Shown one piece after another: positions 1 through 9,900 of a DNA stretch of 64,000 bases. The stretch is from NCBI GenBank assembly GCA_020444505.1, contig JAHLKU010000006.1:3254-67253 (forward strand), written 5' to 3'. The notes beneath the pieces were generated by a model, which was given only the letters and a program-made list of their open reading frames with translations, searched no databases and had not been told where the DNA came from. How positions within the stretch are numbered: the stretch's first letter is position 1; the number at the start of each line of letters is the position of its first letter. The position numbers and the translations under genes are program-made. Source of the DNA: Actinomycetota bacterium (lineage in GTDB: Bacteria > Actinomycetota > Acidimicrobiia > Spongiisociales > UBA11373).

Positions 1-1229
1 TCTGGAACACCACGTCTTCCTACCCCGACCTCGCGGCGGGGGCCACCGCCCCCAACGACGCCGACTGGGACCTCGCCGTCGCCCCCGGCACCCCCGACGG
101 CCACCTGGCGACGCTCACCCTGGACGTGAGCGCCGCCGACGGCGGGCCGTGGAGCCACGACGTGGAGATCGCCACGTCGTGCCCCACCGTCGATGCCTCC
201 GGCGCCGTCGGCATCGGCGACCTGGACGGCAACGGCTCGCCCGACGTCGCCACCGTCATGCGCGACGACCGGGACGACCTGGTCGTCGAGGCCTGGGACA
301 CCGCCACCGGCGCCCGCACCGGCAGGGTGAAGGTGGGCGACTCGAGGTGGGAGATGCTCGACCTCGATCGGGTCCCCGGCACCGACGGCGCCGTCGCCGT
401 GCTGATGGTCCGCGACAACGGTGCGGCCCGGGTGGTCGCCGCCGACCTCTCGGCCGGCCAGCGCACCGGCCACGTCTACTTCGGCCGCCGCAACGATGCC
501 GTGGCCGCCGCCGTCCTCCAGGGTGACCCGGCCCGCATCGCCGTCGCCTTCCAACGAGGCAGCGACCGCACCGTCATCCTGGTCAAGAACCTCGACAACA
601 CGTTCGACATGCGCTTCGCCGTGAGGACCGCGCCGATCGCCCTCGAGGCCTTCGACTCCGACGGCGACGGCGCCGCCACCGACCTCGCCCTGCTCGGCGC
701 GCGCCGCAGCGGCGACGTGGGGGTCGACGCACTCGGCGGCGACACCGGCAACGACCTCTGGTACCGGCCCCTGGGCGCCGGCCCTGCGCAGGACCTCGCC
801 GCCCTCGACACCGACGGCAGCATCGACCGCGTGGCCGTGCTCCACCAGGCCGGCGGGGTGCCGGTGGTGGAGACGCTCGGCGGCGCCGACGGCAGGGTGA
901 TCCGCTCCGTGACGGTCCCGCTCGCGTCGGCCGAGCAACTGGAGGCGCTGCCTCCGCTCGGAGGGTCCACCGGCGACACCGTGGCCGTGTTCGGCCTCAC
1001 CGCCGACGGCGCTCCCTCCGCCGTGGTCGCCGACCCGCACCAGGGCAGGCTGGTGGCCGGGCCCATCGCCGACCCCGGCGTCGCCGTCATCGACGTCACC
1101 GTCGCCGCCCCCTACGGGCCATCCGGCGCCGCACTGGTGTCGCTCGGCGTCCGCGCGAGCATCCAGGCGGTCCTGGTGCTCAGCGACGCCGCCACCGGGG
1201 CGGGGCTCGGCACGCTCCAGATCCCGTAG
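1..1229 (+). CDS. Large secreted/surface protein, C-terminal part with FG-GAP/VCBS-like beta-propeller repeats (5' truncated by window edge)
   Basis: Frame is open from position 3 (WNTTSSYPDLAAG...) to the stop at 1229; Ca-binding-like repeats GDLDGNGSPDVA and DSDGDGAATDLA. Confidence 0.6.
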   Translation, partial: WNTTSSYPDLAAGATAPNDADWDLAVAPGTPDGHLATLTLDVSAADGGPWSHDVEIATSCPTVDASGAVGIGDLDGNGSPDVATVMRDDRDDLVVEAWDTATGARTGRVKVGDSRWEMLDLDRVPGTDGAVAVLMVRDNGAARVVAADLSAGQRTGHVYFGRRNDAVAAAVLQGDPARIAVAFQRGSDRTVILVKNLDNTFDMRFAVRTAPIALEAFDSDGDGAATDLALLGARRSGDVGVDALGGDTGNDLWYRPLGAGPAQDLAALDTDGSIDRVAVLHQAGGVPVVETLGGADGRVIRSVTVPLASAEQLEALPPLGGSTGDTVAVFGLTADGAPSAVVADPHQGRLVAGPIADPGVAVIDVTVAAPYGPSGAALVSLGVRASIQAVLVLSDAATGAGLGTLQIP

Positions 1230-1292
1230 GAGCCCGCCCCGCCGCCGAGCGGGTACCATCCTGACGCTCCCGCCCCCCAGGGAGCGTCTTCC

Positions 1293-2522
1293 ATGAGCGA
1301 CGCAGCCATCCCCTCACCCGAGGCCGGCCGGAGATCACGGTCGGGCACCACCTACATGGTGGTCGGGACGATGATCGCCGCCGTCGCCGCCTACCTCTTC
1401 CAGTTGATCGGCGCCCGGTCGCTGGGCCCGGAGGCCTTCGCCCCCATCGCGGTGCTGTGGACCGTCCAGTTCCTCGTGTTCACGACGGTCTTCATGCCGA
1501 TGGAGCAGCTCACCATCCGCAGGCTCAACGCCGCCGAGAGCCTGGCCGCCCCCTGGAGCCTGTTCCTCGGGCTCATCGCCGCCGCGACGGTGGGTGCGGT
1601 GCTGTACGGCGTCGCCACCCTCGACCGCTCGTTCGACGGCGACGCCTGGTACCTGCTGATCCTGGGGGTGCTGATCGTCGCCTACGGCGGGTTCGCCATC
1701 GGGCGGGGCTTCCTGGCGGGCCGGCTCCGGTACCGGGAGTACGGCCTCTCCACCTTCGCAGAGTCGATGCTCCGCCTGGTGCTCGCGGTGGCGTTGCTCG
1801 CTGCGGGGGTGGGCGCGCTCGGCCTGTCGTGGACCCTCGTCGCCGGGGCCCTCGTGATCTGGCTGTGGAACCCGCTGCGCGGCGAGCGCAGCCGGGAGGA
1901 AGGGGCCGAGCGAGAGGCGGGCTCCACCGGCACCCTGGCCACGTTCATCACCGCCAACGCGGCGTCCCAGACCATCGTCGCCGCCGGCCCGCTCGTGGTG
2001 GGGATGCTCGGCGCCGCCAAGGCGGAGGTCAGCATCTTCTTCGAGACCTTCCTGCTGTACCGGGCCCCGCTGACCGTGTCCTACAGCCTGGTGGCCCGGG
2101 TGCTCCCGCCGTTCACCCGCATGGTGGAACGGGGCGAGACGGCCACGATCAAGCGGTGGGCCGCCCGCATCTCGGCGGCCGGCCTGGTTGCGGCGGGCGC
2201 GGCCTTCGGCATCGGGCTGGTGATCGGGGACGACCTGGTGGCGATCCTGCTCGGAGAGCAGTTCCGCCCGTCGAGCGAGCTCGCCGCGCTGGCGGTGGCG
2301 GGGGTGACGCTGGCCACCGTCGCCCTGTTCGAGCAGCAGTTGCTGATCGCGATGCGCTCCACCCGCCGCATGGCGCTGGCCTGGGGCATCGCGCTGGCGG
2401 TGGCCGCCCTGTTCCTGGTGCCCGACGGCGCCGGCCCGTCCATCCGGGCGGGGCGGGCGTTCCTGGCCGGCGAGATCACCGCCCTGCTGGGGCTGACCGC
2501 AGCCATCCTCCGCCGCGACTAG
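1293..2522 (+). CDS. Polysaccharide biosynthesis/export membrane protein (Wzx/MOP-like flippase)
   Basis: About 12 hydrophobic segments; N-terminal YLFQLIGARSLGPEAFA resembles Wzx; converges on a priming glycosyltransferase. Confidence 0.65.
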   Translation: MSDAAIPSPEAGRRSRSGTTYMVVGTMIAAVAAYLFQLIGARSLGPEAFAPIAVLWTVQFLVFTTVFMPMEQLTIRRLNAAESLAAPWSLFLGLIAAATVGAVLYGVATLDRSFDGDAWYLLILGVLIVAYGGFAIGRGFLAGRLRYREYGLSTFAESMLRLVLAVALLAAGVGALGLSWTLVAGALVIWLWNPLRGERSREEGAEREAGSTGTLATFITANAASQTIVAAGPLVVGMLGAAKAEVSIFFETFLLYRAPLTVSYSLVARVLPPFTRMVERGETATIKRWAARISAAGLVAAGAAFGIGLVIGDDLVAILLGEQFRPSSELAALAVAGVTLATVALFEQQLLIAMRSTRRMALAWGIALAVAALFLVPDGAGPSIRAGRAFLAGEITALLGLTAAILRRD

Positions 2523-2525
2523 CGG

Positions 2526-3803
2526 TCAGCGGGCCCCGAAGCCCGACATCACCGTCCACACGCTGCGGCCCAGCACCTCGAGGTCGAGCCACACCCCGAC
2601 GTGCTTGACGTAGTACAGGTCGTAGGAGAGCTTCTCGATCGTGTCGGCGTGGCCGTCGGCGTACCCGAAATTCACCTGGGCCCACCCGGTCAGCCCGGGC
2701 CGCACCAGGTGGCGGTGCGTGTAGAACGGGATGGTCTCGGAGAACCTCTCCACGAACGGCCCCTGCTCCGGGCGCGGCCCCACCAGGCTCAGATCGCCGC
2801 GCAGCACGTTCCACAGCTGCGGCAACTCGTCCACCCGGATCAGCCGCAGGAATCGGCCCACCCTGGTGAGCCGGTCGTCGGAGCGCGAGGCGAACCGCGC
2901 CTCACGCTCGCCCTCGTTGTTCGTCCGCATGGTGCGGAACTTGTAGAGCGTGAACGGCCGCCCCTCCAGGCCGATGCGGCGCTGCTTGAACACCACCGGG
3001 CCCCGGGAGTCGAGCCGGATGGCGACGGCGATCAGCCCCCCGAGCACCAGCGCCACCGGGGCGGCCAGCAGCACGGCGAGCGTGTCGAAGAGGCGCTTGG
3101 TCCGCACGTACGGCCCCCTGCCCTCCAGCGGCACCGTCAGCTCCCAGCCCTCGTGCAGGTGGACGATCGCCAGCCGCCCGGTGTGCTCCTCGTACGCCGA
3201 GGCCAGCGAGCGCAGCGGGTACCCGGCCAGGTTGCTGGACGACACGAACCGGGCCATCTCGTCGGAGAGCACGGACCGCAGGTCCACGGCGAGCGTCGTC
3301 CCCTTGGGCAGCGGCCGCTCCGGCACCGGCCCGGCCGGGTCGAGCACCTCGACGATCTGGGCGTGGGGCGCGGTCAGGAGGTGGTCGACCAGTTCCTTCT
3401 CCCCGGTCACCACCACCAGCGGCTCGGTCCACGGGCGGCGGCGGCGGACCGCCCGGTGGGCCAGTTCCAGGGCCAGCCACACGCCGGCCGCCCAGCCCAG
3501 GTACGACCGTGAGAAGTAGGCACGGGAGAACACCAGGGTGAACGCCGACACCGTCACCGCCACCATGAAGACGGAGAACGCCCGCCCGTAGGAGGGCCGC
3601 GGCACCTCCTTGCCGGCCGATCGGTACGCGACGTAGCAGCCGACCACCGCCCCGAACAGCAGCGAGCCGACCAGCGGCCCGACGTCCTGGCGGAAGTGCC
3701 ACGGCAGCACCGTGCCGAACACCACGATCGAGGCGACGACGAGTGCGACCAGCAGCGAGCCGATGTCGAGGCCGATCGAGAGCGCGAGCTTCCGCCCTGC
3801 CAT
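2526..3803 (-). CDS. Polyprenyl-phosphate glycosylphosphotransferase (WcaJ/WbaP/CpsE-type priming sugar transferase)
   Basis: N-terminal TM helices; C-terminal Bac_transf motifs KFRTM, DELPQLWNVLRGDLSLVGPRP, RPGLTGWAQV, DLYY. Confidence 0.92.
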   Translation of the reverse strand: MAGRKLALSIGLDIGSLLVALVVASIVVFGTVLPWHFRQDVGPLVGSLLFGAVVGCYVAYRSAGKEVPRPSYGRAFSVFMVAVTVSAFTLVFSRAYFSRSYLGWAAGVWLALELAHRAVRRRRPWTEPLVVVTGEKELVDHLLTAPHAQIVEVLDPAGPVPERPLPKGTTLAVDLRSVLSDEMARFVSSSNLAGYPLRSLASAYEEHTGRLAIVHLHEGWELTVPLEGRGPYVRTKRLFDTLAVLLAAPVALVLGGLIAVAIRLDSRGPVVFKQRRIGLEGRPFTLYKFRTMRTNNEGEREARFASRSDDRLTRVGRFLRLIRVDELPQLWNVLRGDLSLVGPRPEQGPFVERFSETIPFYTHRHLVRPGLTGWAQVNFGYADGHADTIEKLSYDLYYVKHVGVWLDLEVLGRSVWTVMSGFGAR

Positions 3804-3817
3804 GGTCGGTCAGCGTA

Positions 3818-5299
3818 CTAGTCCGCGGCGTTCCCGCTCGCGGTTCCGGCTCGACCCTCGGCGATCGCCGACGCCAGCGCCACGATCGTGCGCACCCCGA
3901 ATCCGGTGCCGCCCTTCTGGACGTAGTGCTCGGCATCGGAGGCCCGCGCCGGTCCTGCGATGTCCAGGTGCGCCCACGGCACGTCGCCCACGAACTCCTG
4001 CAGCAGCAGCGCCGCGTTGATGGCCCCGCCGTAGCGCGGCCCGGTGTTCTTCATGTCGGCGACGTCCGAGTCGATCTTCTTGCGGTAGTCGGCGGGCAGC
4101 GGCATCTGCCACACCCGCTCGCCTGCGGCTTCCGCAGCGCGCTGCACCGCCTCGGTGGCGTCGGCCGTCCCGAACAGTCCGGCGATCTTGTCGCCCAGCG
4201 CGATCATGCAGGCGCCGGTGAGCGTGGCCAGGTCGAGGATCATGTCGGGACCCTGCTCCACGGCCAGCGAGAGGCCGTCGGCCAGCACCAGGCGGCCCTC
4301 GGCGTCGGTGTTCAGCACTTCGATGGTCTTGCCGTTGCGCGCCGTCAGCACGTCGCCGGGGCGCTGGGCGGCGCCGCCGGTCATGTTCTCCGTCAGCGGC
4401 GTGATCCCCAGCACCTTCACCGGCAGCCCCAGCCCGGCGATCACCCGCATGGCCCCGAAGACGGCGGCGGCACCCGCCATGTCGGTCTTCATGGTCTCCA
4501 TGGAGGCGGCGGGCTTGATCGAGAGGCCGCCGGAGTCGAACACGATGCCCTTGCCGACGATGGCGAGGAAGCCGCGGGCGTCCTCGGGCTCGTGCCAGAT
4601 CTGCACCAGCCGCGGCGGGTTGGCGGCGCCGAGCGACACGCCCCGCAGGCCGCCGAGGCCCTCCGCCTCGATCCGGCCCTCGTCCCACACCTCGATGCGC
4701 ATGCCGGCGGCCTCTGCCATCTCGGTGGCGATGCGCGCCATCTCCACCGGCGGCTTGTACATCGCCGACTCGTTCACCAGGTCGCGGGCCATGGCCACGC
4801 CTTCGGCGACCAGCGCGCCGAGGCGGGCGGCCTCCACGTCGCCGTCGCCTGCGCCGAGCAGGGTCAGCGTCTCGGTGAGCGCCGGCTTCGGCTCACTGCG
4901 ATGGCGGTCGAACCGGTACTGGCCCAGCAGGAACCCCTCGGCCACGGCACGGGCCGCGCCGTCGGCGCCGGCCCCATGCAGCGACGTGGCCACCGAGGCG
5001 GCGCGGGTGACGGCGCGGGCGCCGAGGCCGGCGGCCTGTCGGACGTCCTCGGCGTCGGGCGACTCGCCCATCCCCACGAAGACGACGGTCCGGTACGGGA
5101 GATCCCCTCCCGGGACCGACACCACCTGCCCGGGCTTGCCCTGGAAGTCTGCGTCGTCGAGGTAGCCGCCCAGCCAGTCGCCGAGCGCCCCCGCCGCCCA
5201 CTCCCCCACGGGGTCGAAGGCACGGCCCTGGAGCGAGCCCACGATCAGGGCGTCTGCGGCTCCCTCGGCGGCGGCGCCGCCGGCAACGATCTCGATCAT
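3818..5299 (-). CDS. pepA: Leucyl aminopeptidase (M17)
   Basis: GKGIVFDSGG, MKTDMAGAA, NTDAEGRLVLAD, ATLTGA, HLDIAG motifs. Confidence 0.96.
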   Translation of the reverse strand: MIEIVAGGAAAEGAADALIVGSLQGRAFDPVGEWAAGALGDWLGGYLDDADFQGKPGQVVSVPGGDLPYRTVVFVGMGESPDAEDVRQAAGLGARAVTRAASVATSLHGAGADGAARAVAEGFLLGQYRFDRHRSEPKPALTETLTLLGAGDGDVEAARLGALVAEGVAMARDLVNESAMYKPPVEMARIATEMAEAAGMRIEVWDEGRIEAEGLGGLRGVSLGAANPPRLVQIWHEPEDARGFLAIVGKGIVFDSGGLSIKPAASMETMKTDMAGAAAVFGAMRVIAGLGLPVKVLGITPLTENMTGGAAQRPGDVLTARNGKTIEVLNTDAEGRLVLADGLSLAVEQGPDMILDLATLTGACMIALGDKIAGLFGTADATEAVQRAAEAAGERVWQMPLPADYRKKIDSDVADMKNTGPRYGGAINAALLLQEFVGDVPWAHLDIAGPARASDAEHYVQKGGTGFGVRTIVALASAIAEGRAGTASGNAAD

Positions 5300-5303
5300 C
5301 CGG

Positions 5304-5846
5304 TCACTCCTCTCGGCTGGGCGTCCAGGTGCCTTCGGCGGCCCTGGCCAGCATGTACACGTAGTCGGCGAGGCGGTTCAGGTAGGGCACCGCCTCGCTG
5401 TCGTCGATGCCTGCGACGCGGCAGTGGGCCACGGCGCGCCGCTCGGCGCGCCGGATGACCGACCGGGCCTCGTCGAGTGCGGCGGCCAACGGTGACCCGC
5501 CGGGGACGACGAACTCGGTCGGCATGCCCACCCGGTCCACGACGCCGTCGATCGCCGGCTCCAACGCCGCCACCATCTCCGCCGTGACCCGGCTGACACC
5601 GTCGGCCAGCTTGCGACGGTTCTCCGTCTCCGTGGCCAGTTCGGCACCGACCACGAACAGGTCGCGTTGCACGGCCAGCAGCGCGGCGGCGGTCTCCTCG
5701 TCGGCGGCCGCTCTCGCCACCCCGAGCGCCGACACCGCTTCGTCCACCGCGCCGGTGGCCTCGGGCCCGGTGCCGTCCTTGGCCACCCGGCCCCCGTAGA
5801 GCCTCCCGGTGGAGCCGTCGTCTCCGCTGCGCGTGTAGATCTTCAT
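5304..5846 (-). CDS. ATP:cob(I)alamin adenosyltransferase, PduO/MMAB type
   Basis: MKIYTRSGDDGST, RRAERR, YLNRLAD motifs. Confidence 0.93.
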   Translation of the reverse strand: MKIYTRSGDDGSTGRLYGGRVAKDGTGPEATGAVDEAVSALGVARAAADEETAAALLAVQRDLFVVGAELATETENRRKLADGVSRVTAEMVAALEPAIDGVVDRVGMPTEFVVPGGSPLAAALDEARSVIRRAERRAVAHCRVAGIDDSEAVPYLNRLADYVYMLARAAEGTWTPSREE

Positions 5847-5870
5847 GGCCGAGGGGGATTGTACGGGCGA

Positions 5871-6548
5871 TCAGCCGAGCACCGGTCCGGCGGCGAGCAG
5901 ACGGCCGAGCACCACCGTCCCGATGGCCGTCAGCACCGCCAGGTAGGACAGGCCGGTGGCCGCCATCACCGCCGGGTACCCCTCCTCGCCCAGCGCCGCC
6001 CACACCGCCGCAGCCAGGGCCACGGTGGTGGCTGCGAGGACCAGGTACCCGATGCCGACCGGAGCGTCCCCCGACACCCAGGGGACGGCTCCGAGCACGG
6101 CGAGGACGGCGACGTCCACCACCATCCCGGCCCCCGCAGCGGCGTCGAGGCGCCGCAGCGACCAGCGGGGCAGCCGGGGGTCGACCAGGAACCAGTGGCC
6201 CAGCATCATCTCGGCGGTGATCGCCCCCAGCGCCACCGCCCCCGACACGCTCGCCGCGACGCCGCCGTCGGGGATCGCAGCCACCACCAGGGCCACTGCG
6301 GCGACGGCGAACGACCACGCAGGCGCCCTGGTCCGCACCCCGGCCACCGCCAGCGCCGCCGCCGCGCACCCGGCCGCAGCCCACCCCCCGGCGCCGGCGA
6401 GCGCGGCGGGGACGCCGAAGAGCAGGATCGTGCCCGCGCTCAGCCAGACGTAGCCGGCACCGACCACCCGCCACCAGGCGACCACCGCCGACGCGGCGGC
6501 GACACCGCCCGCCCACATGGCGAGCACCGACGATGGGGTGATGTCCAG
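5871..6548 (-). CDS. Conserved multi-pass membrane protein of unknown function (start uncertain: CTG 6548, GTG 6527 or ATG 6518)
   Basis: About 7-8 hydrophobic segments; MMLGHWFLV and MAATGLSY motifs; GGAGG lies 5 nt before the CTG. Confidence 0.65.
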   Translation of the reverse strand: MDITPSSVLAMWAGGVAAASAVVAWWRVVGAGYVWLSAGTILLFGVPAALAGAGGWAAAGCAAAALAVAGVRTRAPAWSFAVAAVALVVAAIPDGGVAASVSGAVALGAITAEMMLGHWFLVDPRLPRWSLRRLDAAAGAGMVVDVAVLAVLGAVPWVSGDAPVGIGYLVLAATTVALAAAVWAALGEEGYPAVMAATGLSYLAVLTAIGTVVLGRLLAAGPVLG

Positions 6549-6688
6549 GGGGGCCTCCGGTCGCGGGCGGCGATCATACCGGGGGTGTGATTCGGGTCCC
6601 CGATGCCGAACCGATACAATCCGCGTCACCCCGCGGCCGCTGCGTGCCTCGCCGCGGCACTCCACCGAAGTTCCAGGAAGGATCAACC

Positions 6689-8416
6689 GTGCCCGACAGC
6701 CTCATCGCCCCCCACGGCGGCACGCTCGTCGACCTCATGGCCGCCGAGCCCCGCGTCGGGGAGCTCTCCAAGGCGTCCCGCGACTTCCCGTCGCTCGACC
6801 TCACCGCCCGCCACCTGTGCGACCTCGAACTCCTCATGAACGGGGGCTTCTCACCGCTCACCGGCTTCCTCGGAAAGGCCGACTACGACTCGGTGTGCGC
6901 CGACATGCGCCTCGCCGACGGGACGCTGTGGCCGATGCCGATCATGCTCGACGTGGACGAGGAGTTCGCCTCCGAAGTCGGTGAGGGCTCCCAGGTGGCG
7001 CTGCGCGACGCCGAGGGCGTCATGCTGGCCGTCCTGTCGGTGTCGGACGTCTGGAAGCCGGACCGTGAGGCCGAGGCCCGGGCCGTCTTCGGCACCGACG
7101 ACCCCGAGCACCCCGGCGTGGACTTCCTCCTCAACCAGACCAAGCCCTACTACCTGGGCGGACGCATCGAGGGCGTGCAGGCGCCCATCCACTACGACTT
7201 CCGCACCCTGCGGATGACGCCCGCCGAGGTGCGGGCGCGCTTCACCAAGCGGGGATGGCGGAAGGTGGTGGCCTTCCAGACCCGCAACCCGATGCACCGG
7301 GCCCACCTGGAACTGACGGCCCGTGCCGCCAAGGACGTCGAGGGCAACCTGCTGATCCACCCCGTGGTCGGGATGACCAAGCCCGGCGACGTGGACCACT
7401 ACACCCGGGTGCGGGCGTACCAGGCCATCATGGACCGCTACCCCCGCAACACGGCCGAACTGGCGCTGCTGCCGCTGGCCATGCGGATGGGCGGCCCCCG
7501 CGAGGCCGTGTGGCACGCCATCATCCGCAAGAACCACGGCTGCACCCATCTGATCGTCGGGCGGGACCACGCCGGTCCCGGCTCCGACTCGTCGGGCACC
7601 CCGTTCTACGGCCCCTACGACGCCCAGGAGCTCCTCGCCGCGCACGAGGAGGAGATCGGTGTCGTCCAGGTGCCCTTCAAGATGATGACCTACCTCCCCG
7701 ACGAGGGCACCTACATGCCGGTGGACCAGGTCTCCGAGGGGACCAAGACGCTGTCGATCTCCGGCACCGAACTGCGGGAGCGGCTCGCAGACGGACGGGA
7801 GATCCCCGAGTGGTTCACCTTCCCCTCCGTCGCCGAGGAACTGCGCAAGACCCACCCGCCGCGGGCCCGCCAGGGGTTCACCGTGTTCTTCACCGGCCTG
7901 TCCGGCTCCGGCAAGTCCACCATCGCCAACGTGCTGCAGGTGCGGCTGCTGGAGATGGGCGGGCGGCCGGTGACCCTGCTCGACGGCGACCTGGTCCGCA
8001 AGAACCTGTCGAGTGAACTGGGCTTCTCCAAGGAGCACCGCGATCTGAACATCCAGCGGATCGGCTACGTCGCCTCGGAGATCACGAAGAACGGCGGGAT
8101 CGCCCTGTGCGCCCCCATCGCCCCGTACGACGCGGTCCGCAAGGTGGTGCGCAACACGATCGAACCCCACGGCGGCTTCATCCTGGTGCACGTGGCCACC
8201 CCGCTCGAGGTGTGCGAGGAGCGGGACCGCAAGGGCCTGTACGCCAAGGCACGGGCGGGGATCATCAAGGAGTTCACCGGCATCTCCGACCCCTACGAGG
8301 TGCCCGAGGACGCCGACATCGTCATCGACACCACCTCGATGTCCGCCGCCGAGGCGGCCCACAAGGTGATCCTGCACCTGGAGCACCTGGGCTACATCGG
8401 GCCCCGCCGCGACTGA
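6689..8416 (+). CDS. sat: Bifunctional sulfate adenylyltransferase / adenylylsulfate kinase (Sat-CysC fusion)
   Basis: AFQTRNPMHRAH and GRDHAG (ATP sulfurylase); GLSGSGKST, LLDGD, RDRKGLYAKA, FTGISDPYE (APS kinase); RBS AGGAAGGA before GTG 6689. Confidence 0.96.
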   Translation: MPDSLIAPHGGTLVDLMAAEPRVGELSKASRDFPSLDLTARHLCDLELLMNGGFSPLTGFLGKADYDSVCADMRLADGTLWPMPIMLDVDEEFASEVGEGSQVALRDAEGVMLAVLSVSDVWKPDREAEARAVFGTDDPEHPGVDFLLNQTKPYYLGGRIEGVQAPIHYDFRTLRMTPAEVRARFTKRGWRKVVAFQTRNPMHRAHLELTARAAKDVEGNLLIHPVVGMTKPGDVDHYTRVRAYQAIMDRYPRNTAELALLPLAMRMGGPREAVWHAIIRKNHGCTHLIVGRDHAGPGSDSSGTPFYGPYDAQELLAAHEEEIGVVQVPFKMMTYLPDEGTYMPVDQVSEGTKTLSISGTELRERLADGREIPEWFTFPSVAEELRKTHPPRARQGFTVFFTGLSGSGKSTIANVLQVRLLEMGGRPVTLLDGDLVRKNLSSELGFSKEHRDLNIQRIGYVASEITKNGGIALCAPIAPYDAVRKVVRNTIEPHGGFILVHVATPLEVCEERDRKGLYAKARAGIIKEFTGISDPYEVPEDADIVIDTTSMSAAEAAHKVILHLEHLGYIGPRRD

Positions 8417-8433
8417 CGACGGACCCGACCGAT

Positions 8434-8459
8434 CTGCGGCCCCCGCGCGGGGGCCGCAG
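8434..8459 (+). terminator. GC-rich hairpin after sat-cysC (putative terminator)
   Basis: CTGCGGCCCCC-gcgc-GGGGGCCGCAG, perfect 11-bp stem 17 nt after the stop; no U-tract. Confidence 0.5.
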
Positions 8460-8595
8460 GCCCCTCCGGCCGGCACCGCTCATCCCACCATTCGTTAGGG
8501 TGGAGCGTGCGGCTGCGCACCGCACTCGCAGCCGTGAACCGAAGCCCCGGGGCTGCGCTGCGCGGCGCCCCCGGATGGTGGGAAGGAGCCCCCGA

Positions 8596-9900
8596 ATGAT
8601 CGGCGCCGACGCCGTCCACGACACCCTCCGCAAGCATCAGTTGGTCGACGGGTACCCCGTGGTCCTCGACCTGGAGAAGTCCGAGGGCGTGTGGATGCAC
8701 GATGCCGTCACCGGCACCCGCTACCTGGATGCGTTCTCGTTCTTCGCCTCGTGGCCGATGGGCTACCGGCACCCGATGCTGGAGGACCCCGACTTCCAGC
8801 ACGAACTGGTGCGTGCCGCCACCACCAAGGTGGCCAACAGCGACATCTACACCGTCGAGATGGCCAAGTTCGTGGACGCCTTCGGCTCCCGGGTCACCCC
8901 GGAGGGGTACCCGCACCACTTCTGGATCGCCGGCGGCGCCCTCGCCGTCGAGAACGCCATGAAGACGGCGTTCGACTGGAAGGCCCGCAAGCTGGGGAGG
9001 ACCGCATTCACCGACCCGGTCGAGGACCTGGTGATCCTGCACTTCCGCCAGGCGTTCCACGGCCGCAGCGGCTACACGCTGAGCGTCACCAACACCCTCC
9101 CCGACAAGATCGGGCTGTTCCCCAAGTTCGACTGGCCCCGGGTGCACAACCCGGCCATCGTCTTCGACCTCGAGGGCGGCATCGCCAACGACATCGAGGC
9201 CGAGGAGGCCCGGGCCCTCGCCGAGATCGACGCGGCCTTCGAGCGGCACGGCGACAAGGTGGCCGCGATCCTCATCGAGCCCATGCAGGGCGAGGGCGGC
9301 GACAACTACTTCCGCGGCGAGTTCCTGGCAGCGCTGCGCCGGATCGCCGACGAGCGCGACGCGCTGCTGATCTTCGACGAGGTGCAGACGGGCTTCTTCT
9401 CGAGCGGCCCGGCCTGGATGTGGCAGCGCTACGGCGTCGCCCCCGACGTGGTCGCCTTCGGCAAGAAGGCCCAGATCTGCGGCATCTACGCCTCCGCCCG
9501 CATCGATGAGGTCCCCGACAACGTGTTCCAGCGCTCCAGCCGCATCAACAGCACCTGGGGCGGCAGCCTCACCGACATGGTGCGATCGCGCCGGTTCATC
9601 GAGATCATCGAGAAGGAGGACCTCGGCAACCGCGTCGCCGAGATGGGCGATCGCCTGGTGGCCGGCCTGCGGCGCATCGCCTCCGAGACCGGCAAGTTCA
9701 CCAACCCGCGCGGCGCCGGATCGCTGGTGGCGGTGACGCTGGAATCCGGCGAGGCCCGCAACGCCCTGCTGCGCCGCATGTTCGAGAACGAGACGCTGGC
9801 GCTGCCGTCGGGGCCGCTGGCCATCAGGTTCCGGCTGCCGTTCGTGATCCGGCCGGCCGAGGTGGACGAACTGCTCGCCCGGGTGGAGGCCAGCCTCTAG
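8596..9900 (+). CDS. lat: L-lysine 6-transaminase (class III aminotransferase)
   Basis: GGALAVENAMKTAFDWK, AFHGRSGYTLS, EPMQGEGGD, FDEVQTG, FGKK, SRINSTWGG; [11 protein letters not shown]. Confidence 0.92.
   Translation: MIGADAVHDTLRKHQLVDGYPVVLDLEKSEGVWMHDAVTGTRYLDAFSFFASWPMGYRHPMLEDPDFQHELVRAATTKVANSDIYTVEMAKFVDAFGSRVTPEGYPHHFWIAGGALAVENAMKTAFDWKARKLGRTAFTDPVEDLVILHFRQAFHGRSGYTLSVTNTLPDKIGLFPKFDWPRVHNPAIVFDLEGGIANDIEAEEARALAEIDAAFERHGDKVAAILIEPMQGEGGDNYFRGEFLAALRRIADERDALLIFDEVQTGFFSSGPAWMWQRYGVAPDVVAFGKKAQICGIYASARIDEVPDNVFQRSSRINSTWGGSLTDMVRSRRFIEIIEKEDLGNRVAEMGDRLVAGLRRIASETGKFTNPRGAGSLVAVTLESGEARNALLRRMFENETLALPSGPLAIRFRLPFVIRPAEVDELLARVEASL

Noticed and set aside
8417-8500. attC-like appearance (CCCTAAC/GTTAGGG plus long imperfect hairpin)
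   Set aside because: No matching second core site, no cassette array and no integrase in the window
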